Both the position numbers and the translations under genes were made by a program. The notes under the pieces were generated by a model. It saw only the letters and a list, made by a program, of their open reading frames with translations. It was not told where the DNA came from and made no database searches. Positions 37,031 through 50,607 of a stretch of 64,000 bases of DNA are shown in pieces. Source of the DNA: Takakia lepidozioides (lineage: Eukaryota > Plantae > Bryophyta); NCBI GenBank assembly GCA_030704615.1, contig CM060732.1, positions 62,248,001 to 62,312,000 on the forward strand, in the 5' to 3' direction. Every line of letters starts with the position of its first letter. Positions within the stretch are counted from its first letter, which is position 1.

Positions 37031-37729
37031 TTTGCCAGGTATCTCGTATCTCCTGCCGGGGGAAAGACCTGCGACGACCTCCTCCAGCCGGTATCTCGGG
37101 GTAAGGGGTTGGAGTCGAACGATGATGCTCCAGATCGCCGTCGGCCTTCGTTCATGTGAAGATTCCAACCGTTCTCCAGATGTCGTTCGGCGTGCACATC
37201 CTCTTACCCTGGGCACATTCATCAACAACGGCGTTCACATCCAACTAGAAAGACATAGAGACATTCATCCACTCCCCGCCTTGGATACCTCTTTCCTCAC
37301 CTTCCTACATCCCGCTCTTCTAACACCCCCATGGGCCAAACAAAAAAGCGGTACTCCGACCTACATTTCTTCAACTTGTGAATGATGGTTAGAACTGCTT
37401 TGCGAATTTCCCTTAGAAGAGGGAGGCCATCTGCAAAGCACGTACCCTCACGGACAAGATTTCAATCTCTTAATGTGGAAGGATAGACAGATATCGTTGG
37501 ATCGAACCGGCTACTACAAGGCAATGCACAACATGGATTGTCTTGTATTGAGCTGAAATCTTGCCCTGAATTGCCGAGTGACTTGTGGTTTTTCAAGACT
37601 TCTGATAGAGGACTCCCCTCAAAAACTGAAGTGACCATAACTACTGGACCAACACAGTCAAGCGTTGAGAGCCACTATAAATTCCTGCCATCCCCAAATC
37701 CATTTGAAACCTCGCCTCAACTCTGAATC

Positions 37730-38304
37730 TCAACACACCAAACATAAAAGATCACAGTGAAGTTGAGCTAATATCTCTTCAAGAAACGCAGCCTCCATAG
37801 CGTGTTTTTCGTCAAGGGCGCGCCTCGCAAAGGCAATTGCACCATCTGGGTCATCTCTCTCAACAAACTTAACCTCCAAGGACCTCCCAATGCCTCTCCG
37901 GAAGGGGTGGTCCAGAAACATGTTCGCCCTTCCTCCATGGCACGAGCAGGCCGCGGTATCCCTCCGATCATGAACAGGTAATGGGTCATTTGGTCCAATA
38001 TTACAGCCGCCTGCTGAGGACTCTCCAGCTCCACGATCGCGCACCCGATGTGTTGCCTGGGAGCCTTGGGATTCTTCAGCAACTTCACCGACATCACTTT
38101 GCCAAATTGCTCCAACCCTGATGTGAGGATGGCCGGCGTGACCTTTGGCGACAGGTTATCCACCAGCACACTCCGCTGCACCACCTTCTCAAATGCTTCT
38201 CTCTTATCTTCCACGGACGCTCTCTCTAGTGATGCGGACGGTACCGCTGGATTGGTCCAGTCCCACCATCCCACATGACCCTTGTCTAGCTGACTCCCTG
38301 CCAT
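37730..38304 (-). pseudogene. AIPP1: AIPP1/EDM3-like RRM protein with a frameshift near 37930
   Basis: AFEKVVQRSVLVDNLSPKVT..LEQFGKV..CAIVELES..FMIGGIPRPARA, then MFLDHP..DPD..KHAMEAAFL in another frame; matches the AIPP1/EDM3 pattern. Confidence 0.7.
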
Positions 38305-38899
38305 ATTCAAGCGCTTTCCATTTCCCCAGTTCAGGTCAATAGCAACTCTTTCTTCAAAATAAACGAAGATCAGCCTAACGTTGGAACACACTTGTCTTGC
38401 AATCCCCCGCCCCTCTCTGTCTGCACTGCTCGTGCTCGTACGTGCAGCGTCAGAGCCGTCCCTGTAAAATTCGTGCTCTTCTCAAAATCTTCACCATCTC
38501 TTTCTCAGTTCCGAACCCTCCCTTTCGATTCAAGCGTACTACGTGGGTGGGCACTGGAGCAATTCACATGACCCCACTCGTCGGATTCAGACATCGGCTG
38601 TGCGGCGGCGAGACAGAGAGCGAGAACCTTCGCGAGTAAAAGATCAGCGGACGGCTGACGTGGATCGCATGACGTGTCCGATGAAGCCTAGTGCGGTGCA
38701 TGTGGCTTCGTTCCTGTGCACTCCTCAGTGCCTTTGTTTCGCAGGATGCAAACCGCCCTCCAAGATACCACTGCAAATCGATAGCTTCCGCAACAAATTT
38801 TGCTTAGTACTTTGTCTGCGTGTCTCTCACGGATTCTAGCCACTACCTGGAACCCAGTGCTCTCTTATTTCTTTTGTGGGCGGCAACAGACGTACAAGC

Positions 38900-40892
38900 A
38901 TGGGTTTAGAATACTTCGAGGAATCCCACGTCCCAGAGCAAAGAGTGGTGGGCGGGGTGCCCTTTCCGGTAGTGCTGCAGCCGAGCGCCGGACAGGCTGA
39001 CTCGAAGCGTCTGGTGGAGGAAATTACAAGAAGGAAGGCCTGGTTGGAGCAGGAGCTTGAGCGCAGTGGTGCGCTCCTGCTGCGGGGTTTTTCTGTGAAT
39101 ACCGCTGCTGATTTCGATTCAGTGGTGAAGGCCTTTGATTATGCAGAGCTTCCCTACGTGGGTGGGGCCGCACCCCGCACGAACGTTGTCGGCCGGGTCT
39201 TCACCTCGAATGAATCCCCTCCGGATCAGAAGATCCCCTTTCATCACGAAATGGCTCAGGTGCTTACCTGCTCATCTCTGTTCTTCATCTCGCAATCCCA
39301 TTTTGAAACAAAACACTTGTCCTCTGTCCACTATTATATACTCTGACGCTGAGTATGCTCGTTTAGCTGACAATGCTGAATATTTCAGCTTCATTGCTGG
39401 CAGAGAGGATGTCTGTCTAAATTCAAATCTCGCTACGCAGTTTTTTCTTGCTTTGTTCTAATGACTCCTCCACCTGATTCCCATTTGTTTCGCCATTGCC
39501 ATGGTTGTCTCTGTTACTTAGGATGCATTGCAATTTTCAGATATTACAGTCAGCTCGTAGACTAAAGCTGAACTTCGAATTCCGTGTAATCACATATGCC
39601 GAGAACGTAGCTGAGTGCGGCCTAACTAATTCCGATTGCTTCGTCCGGTGCCCACTATATTGATCTGTAACAAGCAAGGAGGCAAGGTTTTTAACCAAGT
39701 TGGGATTACACTCACAATTCTTTATCTTCGACTTCTATCATCAGAGAAGATCAAAGGGGACCCTCCTCCAAGTCTTAATCTCATTTCTCCTCTTCTACAT
39801 TACATGCAGCTTGCACATACCCTTTTGGTGGTAAAGACAGACAGAATGACAGTTGGACTCCTGTTTTTGGGGACCAAATCAGGTGCCAGAATATCCAAAG
39901 AGAGTTTTTTTTTTTTGTGAAGTAGAACCAGCAGAAGGAGGGGAGACACCAATTCTCTTGAGCCACTTGGTATATGAGAGGATGGCCAAGGAATGGCCGG
40001 AGTTTGTGCAGCAGTTAGAGGAACACGGACTATTGTACACTCGCATTTTAGGTGAAGGAGATGACCCTTCCTCTCCAATTGGCCGTGGCTGGCAATCAAC
40101 ATTCTTGACCAAAGATCGCACTGAAGCTGAAAAAAGTTTTACCCCCTATCTCAATTGCATCATTCTGAATACACTCTGCGCTTGAGCCTAGTTCTTCTGC
40201 TTATTCTTTTACTCTTTCTTTGCTTTCCACCTACCATAGCCAGACACCTAGGCATTACATAGGCAGGTGGTTTAGGTGTTTCCTAGTCAGCATTGAAGGC
40301 TAGTGCACTGCAATTGTGGGAAGAGCATGACAGTGGATCGACCAGTTGGTATTAAATGGTGGGAGTATGATTTGTATATTCTGCGGAAAATACAGTTTCT
40401 TTATCATCCATCGCCAAGGAGCTGTAATGGTGTTCCGAAATAGGAAGGAGAGTGAAGACATTTCTAAGGATTGCACTTTAAAGTTTTTGCTTGAAACCTC
40501 CCAAATATGAACTGTTTTCTGGGAATAGGGCGGCAAAGCTGGGTATGCGGCTGGAGTGGCTTTTGGAAGGAGGTGTGAAGACAGTCTCAGGTCCTATTCC
40601 TGCAATCAAAATTGATGAAGTGCGGCAGCGTCAAGTGTGGTTCAACAGCATGGTGGCAGCCTACACCGGGTGGAAGGATGCTCGCAATGACCCAGTGAAA
40701 GCAGTTACCTTGGGAGACGGCAGTCAGCTGCCGAAAGAGGTAGTTATGGCATGCCTTAACATTTTGACTGAGGAGAGTGTGGCAATCCCCTGGAAAAATG
40801 GTGATGTGCTTATCCTGGACAACATCGCAGTACAACATGCTCGGCGGCCATTCCAACCCCCTCGTCGTGTGCTGGCCTCTCTCACAAAATAG
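38900..40892 (+). CDS. Clavaminate synthase-like TauD/TfdA Fe(II)/2OG dioxygenase (At3g21360-like). Exons 38900-39259, 39883-~40136, 40529-40892
   Basis: GALLLRGF, YVGGAAPRT, IPFHHEMAQ, FFCEVEPAEGGETP, WFNS, WKNGDVLILDNIAVQHARRPF. The second donor site looks non-canonical. Confidence 0.88.
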
Positions 40893-41499
40893 TCACTTTA
40901 GTGCAAGTTTGACTGCATGAAGATAATTTTCCCAAACTTGCACCTTTGATTCTCATGCTGCGGATAAAATATGGCAATGTTTTTCCAGGACCTTCTTAAC
41001 TTTGTTTCAAATCATTGTTGGCGTCTCATTTAGTACCTGAGTGCCAGGGTGTGAGGAGCCTTGCTGAATGCAATGGCTCAAGGCAATTGATGGTCAAGCT
41101 CCTCAAAGACGGAGAGCGAACGCGTGTATGTATATATGCATATATAGCCATTTAAGATTGTAGGGCTACTGGAGATACTGATAGCATGGCAGCCAAAGGT
41201 GGGCTTTTGAAAGGTCAAGGATTGCATGCAAGAAGAAACTTGTAAGGTATTTTTGTTTGTGAGTATGAAGTGCATACTGTTTTTTCAACTGAACAATGTA
41301 TCCATGTACCTGTGATATAGATAGCAATGCCGTCCAGCCTCTCTTATTTGAGGCAAAATTAGCCTTGCTACTTTTGTTTCTGCAAATTAACACAGGAAAC
41401 AGAACTCAGAGAATTTTCCTGTTAACAATGAAGAGGAGCCACGACATGCATGTGATAACCTATTGAACCTCCGAATGTCATCTCCCTTTTTAAAAACCG

Positions 41500-42768
41500 T
41501 GACTAGGGTAGCTTGTGCCGTTGGCCCAAGTGCATCGGCTGCACTTGCCGGGTCCCCGCGGTTTGAACGTTACAAAACAAAACAAAACAAAACAAACTAA
41601 CTAACTAACTACCTTGCTTCATATATTGAAAAGATCAATTTTATTTTTTCCATGAATTTATTGAGTAGTAATATATCCAATCATTGTTCCAGATAAACTG
41701 ACTTTGCTATTTTTCACAAATTTCCAGCAACCAAAAGTACTTGAAATTTCATATCTCCCACACCGCAGGTCCAAAAATTATGAGACCAAGTCGGTGCACC
41801 CCTCCTCATTGAGGGCTTTCCAAAGGTTCCAAACCCCCGGGGGTTGTGTCCTACGATTTGGGAGATCTCAACGCTATAAAAAAAACAAACAAACATATTA
41901 CCTTGCTTCATATATTGACTAGGGTAGCCTCTCCCGTTGGCCCAAATGTCCAGTGTCATCTAAGTCCCAGTGCAATCCCCCATGTATCCAAATGCATCTC
42001 CTATGTCGAGGCCAATGTGTGAGAAATCAATATACTAAAATGAAGTTAGATGTTTGTTTAGTTACAAAGAATGTGTGGTACATGAATGAACTAATGTTTA
42101 AAGAATATTGTAGACATGAACAAAATGAGCAACAATGTAGTGGAATTTGGTGATAGAGTTAGAAGTTTATATTAATACTTCATATATACAATCAATATAT
42201 GAAGCTGGACATTTTGTTGGCTCTCTTGTATAGAGAGACTTTGCATCATGTTGAAGTCAATGGACAAAATGTGGTCAAAGGACCTTACACCGCGTCAAGG
42301 CTCCTATTGGTGTGCTATGCTAAGTCATGCCCCTCACTCTTAACTTTGGGAGATTTGGAATTTCAAGTGTTTTTGGTCACAGGAAATTCATGAAAAGAAA
42401 ATTGAAAAGTGGGAAAGTGGGCTTTCCTGCTCCTCGACATAGGAGACGCACTTGGTTACATGGGAGATTGCACTTAGACTTAGATGACATTGGACACTTG
42501 GGCCAACGGCATAGGCTACCAACACATATTTTTAAGTACTTTTGGTCGCTGGAAATTAGTGCTGGAGCTATGATTGGCCCTTCATTTGTCTTTTGTGCAC
42601 GTGGACATAAATGTAAATTGGGCTTTTTTAAAATTTTGGCTTTCACAATATTGTTTGTAGTATCGTTGAGATCTCCCAAACTGCGGGGCCTCTGGCCACG
42701 ATTTTAGTACCGTTGGAAAGCCCTCGATGAATAGCGGTGCACCGACTTGGTCTCAAAAAATTTGGACT

Positions 42769-42807
<39 letters not shown>

Positions 42808-45800
42808 ATATATGGAATATCAGGTACTTTTGGTCGCTGGAGATTCATGAAAAACTAGGGTAGCCTGTGCCGTTTGCCCAAGTGTCCAGTGTCATCTAAG
42901 TCCAGTGCAATCCCCTATGTATCCAAGTGCGTCTCCTATGTCGAGGCCCAAATGCGAGCTTTAGGGTAGCATGTGCCGTTGGGCCAAGTGTCCAGTGTCA
43001 TCTATGTCCAAGTGCAATCCCCGGAGACCCCACTATTTGGGAGATCTAGGGTAGCATGTGCCATTGGCCCATGTGTGAAGAATTGAAATCTAAGCCCAAA
43101 TCCAATCTCTCATGTATCCATGTGCATCTTCCATATAGATGCCCAAGTGCGACCTCCAGTGTCCAATGTCACCTAAGTCCAAGTGCAATTCCAAAGCCCA
43201 CTTTGCTATTATTTTAATCTCCCCTATGGAGGCTTCATATATTGATATATCCACTTTGCTATTTTTCACGAATTTCCAGCGACCAAAAGTACTTGAATTT
43301 CCAAATCTCCCACTTGAAGGGCCAATCATTGCTCCAGGAAAGCCTACTTTGCTATTTTTCACAAATTTCCAGCGACCCAAAGTACTTGAAATTCAATATC
43401 TCCCACACCGCGAGTCTAAAAATCATGAGACCAAGCCGGTGCACCCCTCCTCATCGAAGGCTTTCCAACGACCCCAAGCATCGGGGTTGGGGCCCCGCGG
43501 TTTGGGAGATCTCAACGACGCTACAAAATAAAACAAAACAAACAGCTCGGTTCATATAGGGTAGCCTGTGCCGTTGGCCCATTTGTGAAAAATTGAAATC
43601 TACTCCTGTGCCGTTGGCCTAAGTATCCAGTGTCATCTAAGTCCAAGTGCAATCCCCTATGTATCCAAGTGCGTCTCCTATGTCGAGGCCCATGTGTGAA
43701 GAATAATATATCCAAGCACGACCTCTAGGGTAGCCTGTGCTCCCAAGTGTCCAGTGTCATCTAAATCCCAATGCAATCCCCTATGTATCCAAGTGCGTCT
43801 CATATGTCGAGGCACATGTGTGAAGAATTGAAATCTAATCCCAAGTGCAATCTCCTATGTATCCAAACGCTCCCAAGTGCGACCTCCAGTGTCCAATGTC
43901 ATCTAAGTCCAAGTGCAATCCCCTATGCATCCAAAGACCTTGCAGTTTGGGAGATCTCCACGTCACTGTTGCAACAAAGCCCACTTTGCTATTTTTGCAA
44001 TCTCCCCTATCGAGGCTTCATATATTGATATATCCACTTTGCTATTTTTCGCGAATTTCCAACGACCAAACGTACTTGAAATTCCAAATCTCCCACGTGA
44101 AGGGCCAATCATTGCTCCAGGAAAGCCCACTTTGCTATTTTTTCCGAATTTCCAACGACCCAAAGTACTCAAAATTCCACATCTCCCACACCGCGGGTCC
44201 AAAAATCATGAGATCAAGCCGGTGCACTCCTCCTCATCGAGGGCTTTCCAACGGCACCAAACACCAAGGCTGGGCCCGCGGTTTGGGAGATCTCAACGAC
44301 ACTACAAAACAAACAAAACAAAATAAACGTTTCGCTTCATATATTGGTAGCAAAGTGGGCTTTCATGGGGCAATGATTGGATATATCAATATATGAAGCC
44401 TCGACAAGAGATATATAGGAGACGCACTTGGATACATAGGAGATTGCAAAGTGTGCTTTCTTGGAACAATGATGTGGAGATCTCCCAAACTGCAGGTCCC
44501 TGGATACATAGGGGATTGCACTTGGACTTAGATGACACTAGACACTTGGTACCATTGGAAAGCCTTTGATGAAGAGGGGTGCACTGGCTTGGTCTCATGA
44601 TTTTTGGACCTACGGTGTGGGACATGTCGAATTTCAAGTAATTTGGTCGCTGGAAATTCGCGAAAAATAGCAAAGTGGGCTTTCCTATGACAATGATGGA
44701 CCTCGACACGAGATATATTACTACTCAATCAATTCATGAAATGAAATAAATTGGTTTTTTCAATATATAACTAGGGTAGCCTATGTTGTTGGCCCAAGTG
44801 TCAAGTGTCATCGAAGTCCAAGTGCAATCCCCTATCTATCCAAGAATGTGTGGTACATGGATGAACTAATGTTAAAAGAATGTTGTGAACATGAACAAAA
44901 TGATCAACAATGTAATGTGATTCAGATATTGAAATTTGGTGAAAGAGTTAGAAGTTTATATTAATACTTCTGTACACACAATCATATATTGTAAAAATCA
45001 ATTTATTTTTTCCATGAATTTATTGAGTAGTAATATATCCAAGTGCATGTATCCAAGTGCATCTCCTATGTCGAGGCCCAAGTGCGACCTCTAGGGTAGC
45101 ATGTGCCTTTGGCCCATGTGCGAAGAATTGAAATCTAAAACCAAGTGCAATTTCCTATACATGTATCCAGTACGTCTCCTATGTTGAGGCCCAAGTGCGA
45201 CCTCTAGGGTAGTGTGTGCCTTTGGCCCATGTGTGAAGAATTGAAACCTAACACCAAGTGCAATCTCCTATGTATCCCAGTGGTCTCCTATGTCAAGGCC
45301 CATCTAAGCCCAAGTGCAATGTTCTATTCATGTATCCAAGTGCATTTCCCATATAGAGGCCCAAGCGTCCAGTGTCATCTAAGCCCAAGTGCAATGTTCT
45401 ATTCATGTATCCAAGTGCATTTCCCATATAGAGGCCCAAGCGTCCAGTGTCATCTAAGCCCAAGTGCAATCTCCTATGTATCCAAGTACGTGCCCCATGT
45501 CAAGGCTCAATTTATATTTTCCATGAATTTATTGAGTAGTAATATATCTAAGTGCATGTATCCAAGTGCGTCTCCTATGTCGAGGCCCAAGTGCGACCTC
45601 TAGGGTAGCTTGTGTCATTGGCCCAAGTGTCCAATGTCATCTAAGTCCAAGTTCAATCCCCTACGTATCCAAGTGCGTCTCCTATGTCGAGGCCCATGCG
45701 TGAAGAATTGAAATTGATATACTAAAATGAAGTTACAAAGGATGTGTGGTACATGAATGAACTAACGTTTAAATATGAACAAAATGAGCAACAATGTAAC

Positions 45801-47935
45801 GTGATTCAGAGATTGGAATTTGGTGAAAGTGTTAGAAGTTTATATTAATACTTCTGTATATACAATCAATATATGAAGCAAGGTAGTTTGTTCGTTTGTC
45901 TATTCCAATTTATTTTTTTCCATGAATTTATTGAGTAGTAATATATCCAATCATTATTGATATAATGTGATTCAGATATTGGAATTTGGTGAAAGAGTTA
46001 GAAGTTTATATTAATGCATATGAAGCGAGACGTTTGTTTTGTTTTGTTTTGTTTTGTCACGTTAAGATGTCGCTTGGGCTTAGATAGGCCTCGATATAGG
46101 AGACGCACTTGGATACATAGGGGATTGCACTTGGACTTAGATGACATTGAACACTTGGGCCAATGGCACATGCTACCCTAGTATACAATCATATAATGAA
46201 AAAACCAATTTATTTTTTTCCAATATCAGTGCATCTCCCATGTGCGTCTCCTATGTCGAGGCCCATCTAAGCCCAGTGTGCAATCTCCTATGTATCCAAA
46301 TACGTCTCCCATGTCAAGGCCCTATTTATTTATTTTCATGAATTTATTGAGTAGTAATATGTCCAATCATTATCACCTATGCCGTTGGCCCAACTGTCAA
46401 ATGTCATCTAAGTCCAAGTGCAATCCCCTATGTATCCCAGTGCGTCAAGGCCCAAGTGCGACCTCTAGGGTAGTCTTTGCCGTTGACCCATGTGTGAAGA
46501 ATTGAATCTAAGACCAAGTGCTATTTCCTATGTATCCTAGTGCGTCTCCGATGTCGAGGCCCAAGTGCAACCTCTAGTGTAGCCTATGTCGTTGGCCCAT
46601 GTGAGGAATTGAAATCTAAGACCAAGAGCAGCTTCCTATGTATCCAAGTGTGTCTCCTATGTCGAGGCCCACCTGAGCCCAAGTTTAATCTTCTATTCAT
46701 GTAACTAAGTGCATCTCCCATGTAGATGCCCAAGTGTCCAATGTCATCTAAACCCAAGTGCAATATCCTATGTATCCAAGTACGTAGATCCCATGTCCAG
46801 GCCCAATTATTTTCTTTCAATTTATTGAGTAGTCAATCATTATTGATATATCCTATGTATCAAAGTGCCTCTCCCATGTAGAGGCCCATGTGCGACCTCC
46901 AATGTCCAATGTCATAGATAAGTCCAAGTGCAATCCCCTATGCATCGAGAGATCCTGCAGTTTGGTAGATCTCCACGTCATTGTTCCAACAAAGCCCACT
47001 TTGCTATTTTTGCAACCTCCCCTGTCGAGCCTTCACATATTGGTATATCCACTTTGTGCTATTTTTCACGAATTTCCAGTGACCAAAAGTATTTGAAATT
47101 CGACAGAAAAAACCAATTTAGGGTTTTCCATGAAACAAAACAAAACAAACAAACCACCTCACTTCATATATTGATTGAGTAGCATCATTGTCCAGCAAAA
47201 CCCACTTTGTTATTTTTCACGAATTTACAGTGACAAAAAATACTTGAAATTCGACAGAAAAAACCAATTTTACCGTTTTCCATGAATTTATTGAGTAGGC
47301 ATATATCCAATCATTATTGATATATCTCCCGTCGAGGCTCCAACCGTTGTTCCAGGAAAGCCCACTTTGCTATTTTTTCGCGAATTTCCAGTGACCCAAA
47401 GTACCTGAAATTCGACATCTCCCACACCACAAGTCCAAAAATCATGAGATCAAGTCGGTGCACCCCTCCTCATCGAGGGCTTTCCAACGGAAGCACCAAG
47501 GCCGTCCCCGCGCGGTTTGGGACATCTCAACGCTACAAAACAAAACAAAACAAACGTCTCGCTCCATATATTGACTAAGGTAGCATGTGCCGTTGGCCCA
47601 AGTGTCCAGTGTCATCTAAGTCTCAAGTGCAATCCCCTTTGTATCCAGAGATCCTCATGTTTGGGAGATCTAGGCCTAGGGTAGCTTGTGCCACTGGCCC
47701 ATGTGTGAAGAATTCAAATCTAAGCCCAAGTGCAATCTCCTATGTATCCAAGTGCTTCTCCTATGTAGAGGCCCAAGTGCGACCTCTAGTGTCCAATATC
47801 ATCTAAGTCCAAGTGCAATCACCTATACATCCAGACCCTGCGATTTGGGAGATGTCCATGTCATTGTTCCAACAAAGCCCACTTTGCTATTTTTGCAATC
47901 TCCCTTGTCGAGGCTTCATATAATAATATATCCAC
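41500..47935. repeat. Modular satellite-like repeat block (right), same family as 33990-37030
   Basis: Same modules; inverted sub-blocks at ~42340-42850, ~44345-44770 and ~46020-46180. Confidence 0.9.
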
Positions 47936-47939
47936 GCTA

Positions 47940-49531
47940 GAATAAGAACCATAGCTTCCTTCACACTCAACGACTCCAGGATAATGTGGACAGCTTGCAT
48001 AAATTCCTATAAGATGCACTTGTGTATTAGTACTCGTTTCAGCCAAGCTAATGACCAAATCAGCATGAGACATAAAAAAGAAATATGTAGGTCAAAGTTC
48101 TGGGATCCTACCACCCATTGAGTGGTCTCTTCTTTTGAGTTACGCTCGTTATGTTTTGTTGGTCGGCCCTGTAGCTCGTAAAAAAGCCGGCAATGTGCGA
48201 CCTTCTCAGGAAATGTAATGTCAAATTTCTGGGCCTTGTTCGGATCGTTTAGAAGCTTTGAAATCTTCATAAGGCGAAGCGCGTCATCTAACCAGACGAT
48301 CTTGGCCGGCCAATTGTTGTAATAGTTCTTCAGCTCCTCGTTGTCCACCTCCAAGATTAGCTCCTGCAACCAACTCAAAATATGAGGAAGCAATGGACTT
48401 TGAAACAGGGTCCGAAGAGGTACTACTGTATATTTGATTTAGCTACAATAATAGCAAATGACATATTCAAGCGTGGGATTGCATGAATTGGTACCTTCGC
48501 AGCAATTATGGTATGTTGCCCACCAATAACAAAGAATTTGGCATCCTTCACTTCATCCCACCTCTCTGGCTTTTCCGGCCACACTAGACTATCGTCATTG
48601 GGATGCATTGGTGCTACGTAGACAGGGTGTTTTGAATCAAGGACCCGGAGCTTTGAAAGCCTAGCTTTGATCTCATCCTTGTGTTTGTTATTCAGGGGCC
48701 TGTAGACCATCTGTCGGGGTGCTTGCTCCATACTCAAAATAGGAATGGAATGGGTCTCTTCAAACCCAAAGGGAAATAAGTCCCCATATATTCTGAGAGC
48801 TCCTTCTCCATTGCCTCACATTTAGCTTTGTCATATATCTCCCTAGTTTTCGGTTTCTTGTCACTTGAGAAGACTGGGTCAAGCGGGGGCTTAGAGTTTC
48901 TCTTCGGCTTTGGAGGTGGAGTAATTTCAGGGTCTCCATCCTCCTGAGGTGTAGTGTCAGCAGGTGTCTTACGTTTTCTTGGCTTTCTCTTCTTTTGAGC
49001 CTGTTCTGTCTCCCTCTCGGCCTCAAGCTCTTGTCTTTTTCTCTCATTTTCCTTTCCTACATTGAAGAGGCGTCCCAGAAATTTAGACCACTCCGAGCAG
49101 AAATAAAACTCATCTGGGGTAGATCCATCTCTAGGGAACTTGAATCCACTCTCCTGGAGTCCTGTCATCAAACCTTTGTCGACAATTCGAATCTTTGTTG
49201 CATACCCGATGGTGCGTGCTTGCTGGTCCTCTTCCCGTACAAATATGACAATCAGCGGATCGTCCTCGTCAGGTTCAAGTTCTATATCTTGAACGTGAGC
49301 GTACTCAAGCTCTGTGGTTTCCTCTCCCTCCCTGTACAGGAATCGAAGAACATGATCCGGCGGAGCTCCATTCAGAGAAACTCCCCAAGAGGTTACTTTG
49401 TCGGATAGAAGGAAAATGACGACGTGTTCTGTCCAATATATGTCTGACCTCTCAGAAAGGAACTCCCCGGCAATGTCTGAAGACATTGTAGGCCTACATC
49501 CAGCCGGAAACTTCTTCCTGTAGCATGACAC
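47940..49531 (-). pseudogene. Spliced ParB/Srx-like domain gene (element C), frameshifted and 3'-truncated by the satellite
   Basis: Basic NLS-like KKRKPRKRK, then VYRPLNNKH..HPVYVAP..FFVIGGQHTIIAAK; intron ~48494-48365. Confidence 0.6.
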
Positions 49532-49752
49532 TTTCAGCTCCCAGTTAGATGCAAATACTCATAGAAGCTTTCGGACTTGGGTCCGATGCAGACAAACATA
49601 GAAAGATAACATCATGCATGCAAATGAGACTAATTTACACTTGTTTAAGGTTCAGAGGAGACTAATTTACATACACCATTACTCATAAAGGCGATCTGAA
49701 ATCATTTATTTCAAAGAGTGACACACAAGTACATTGGCATCCTCAGTTGAAA

Positions 49753-50607
49753 CTACGCAAAAGTTAGGAGCCCAGTCTCACTATCGATATAAACGGGATG
49801 TAGCCATACTGGGAACTTTTCATCCTCAGGTAATGCTCTCAGCAATGGCAAATAATGAAGTTCCTTTGGGATGAAAATGAGTGAGTCGTTGTTGCGCAAA
49901 TTATTTGGTCCTCTGAAGTATTGTGGTGAACTGTTAAAGGCACTCTGACTGCTCTCGGGGTTCCAAAGGGGCATTGAACCACTAGTCCTAGATCTCAAAA
50001 CCAATTCAAGACACGCTGGATTGAAACAACTTGGAGGCTCATCTCCGGCTCTTGGAGTGACGAAACTATCAATAGGGGTCATTGGCTTTCCTTCGGGACT
50101 CCCGGAGGTAGTCAGCGGTGAGCCCATCCAATCCCTGACATTGTAGCTGAGGTCACTGATTTGTCCAGGAGTTATCGGAGAACCAGCCCAATCTCTTAGA
50201 TTGAAACTCGGCCCTAGTATAGTAAACCCTGAAATTACACTTGACATGACCGTGTATGGTTTCCCAGCACATGTCGACCTGTTTCTCTTCACAGAGGGAA
50301 TTGAAACACCAGACTGTGTGAACATTGGTCCATCTCCTACAGTACCTATCTTCAATTGCGGTGTAGTGCATTTAGCCTTGGATGAGATACACATAGATGA
50401 CATTCGTTTCTTCGAATGGTTTGAGTGACAGGCTGTCGACAGTTTTGTTGGAAACTGCGGAGTATCATCCAAATCATCCGGCCCGTCTACACTGTCCATT
50501 CTATTATTGACGAGAGCATTAGATACAAGGCTACGAAGATTAGCTCTAAATATTATATGGTTACAAATCATGTTACAAATCATATTATTAACATCCAAGA
50601 TAAACAA
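49753..50607 (-). CDS. Unknown 284-aa Ser/Pro-rich ORF inside element C
   Basis: Uninterrupted ORF with an internal repeat (NLRDWAGSPIT / NVRDWMGSPLT); no family recognised. Confidence 0.35.
   Translation of the reverse strand: MFILDVNNMICNMICNHIIFRANLRSLVSNALVNNRMDSVDGPDDLDDTPQFPTKLSTACHSNHSKKRMSSMCISSKAKCTTPQLKIGTVGDGPMFTQSGVSIPSVKRNRSTCAGKPYTVMSSVISGFTILGPSFNLRDWAGSPITPGQISDLSYNVRDWMGSPLTTSGSPEGKPMTPIDSFVTPRAGDEPPSCFNPACLELVLRSRTSGSMPLWNPESSQSAFNSSPQYFRGPNNLRNNDSLIFIPKELHYLPLLRALPEDEKFPVWLHPVYIDSETGLLTFA

Noticed and set aside
33990-47935. Many short ORFs in the satellite blocks
   Set aside because: They are translations of repeat modules with no protein-family signal.
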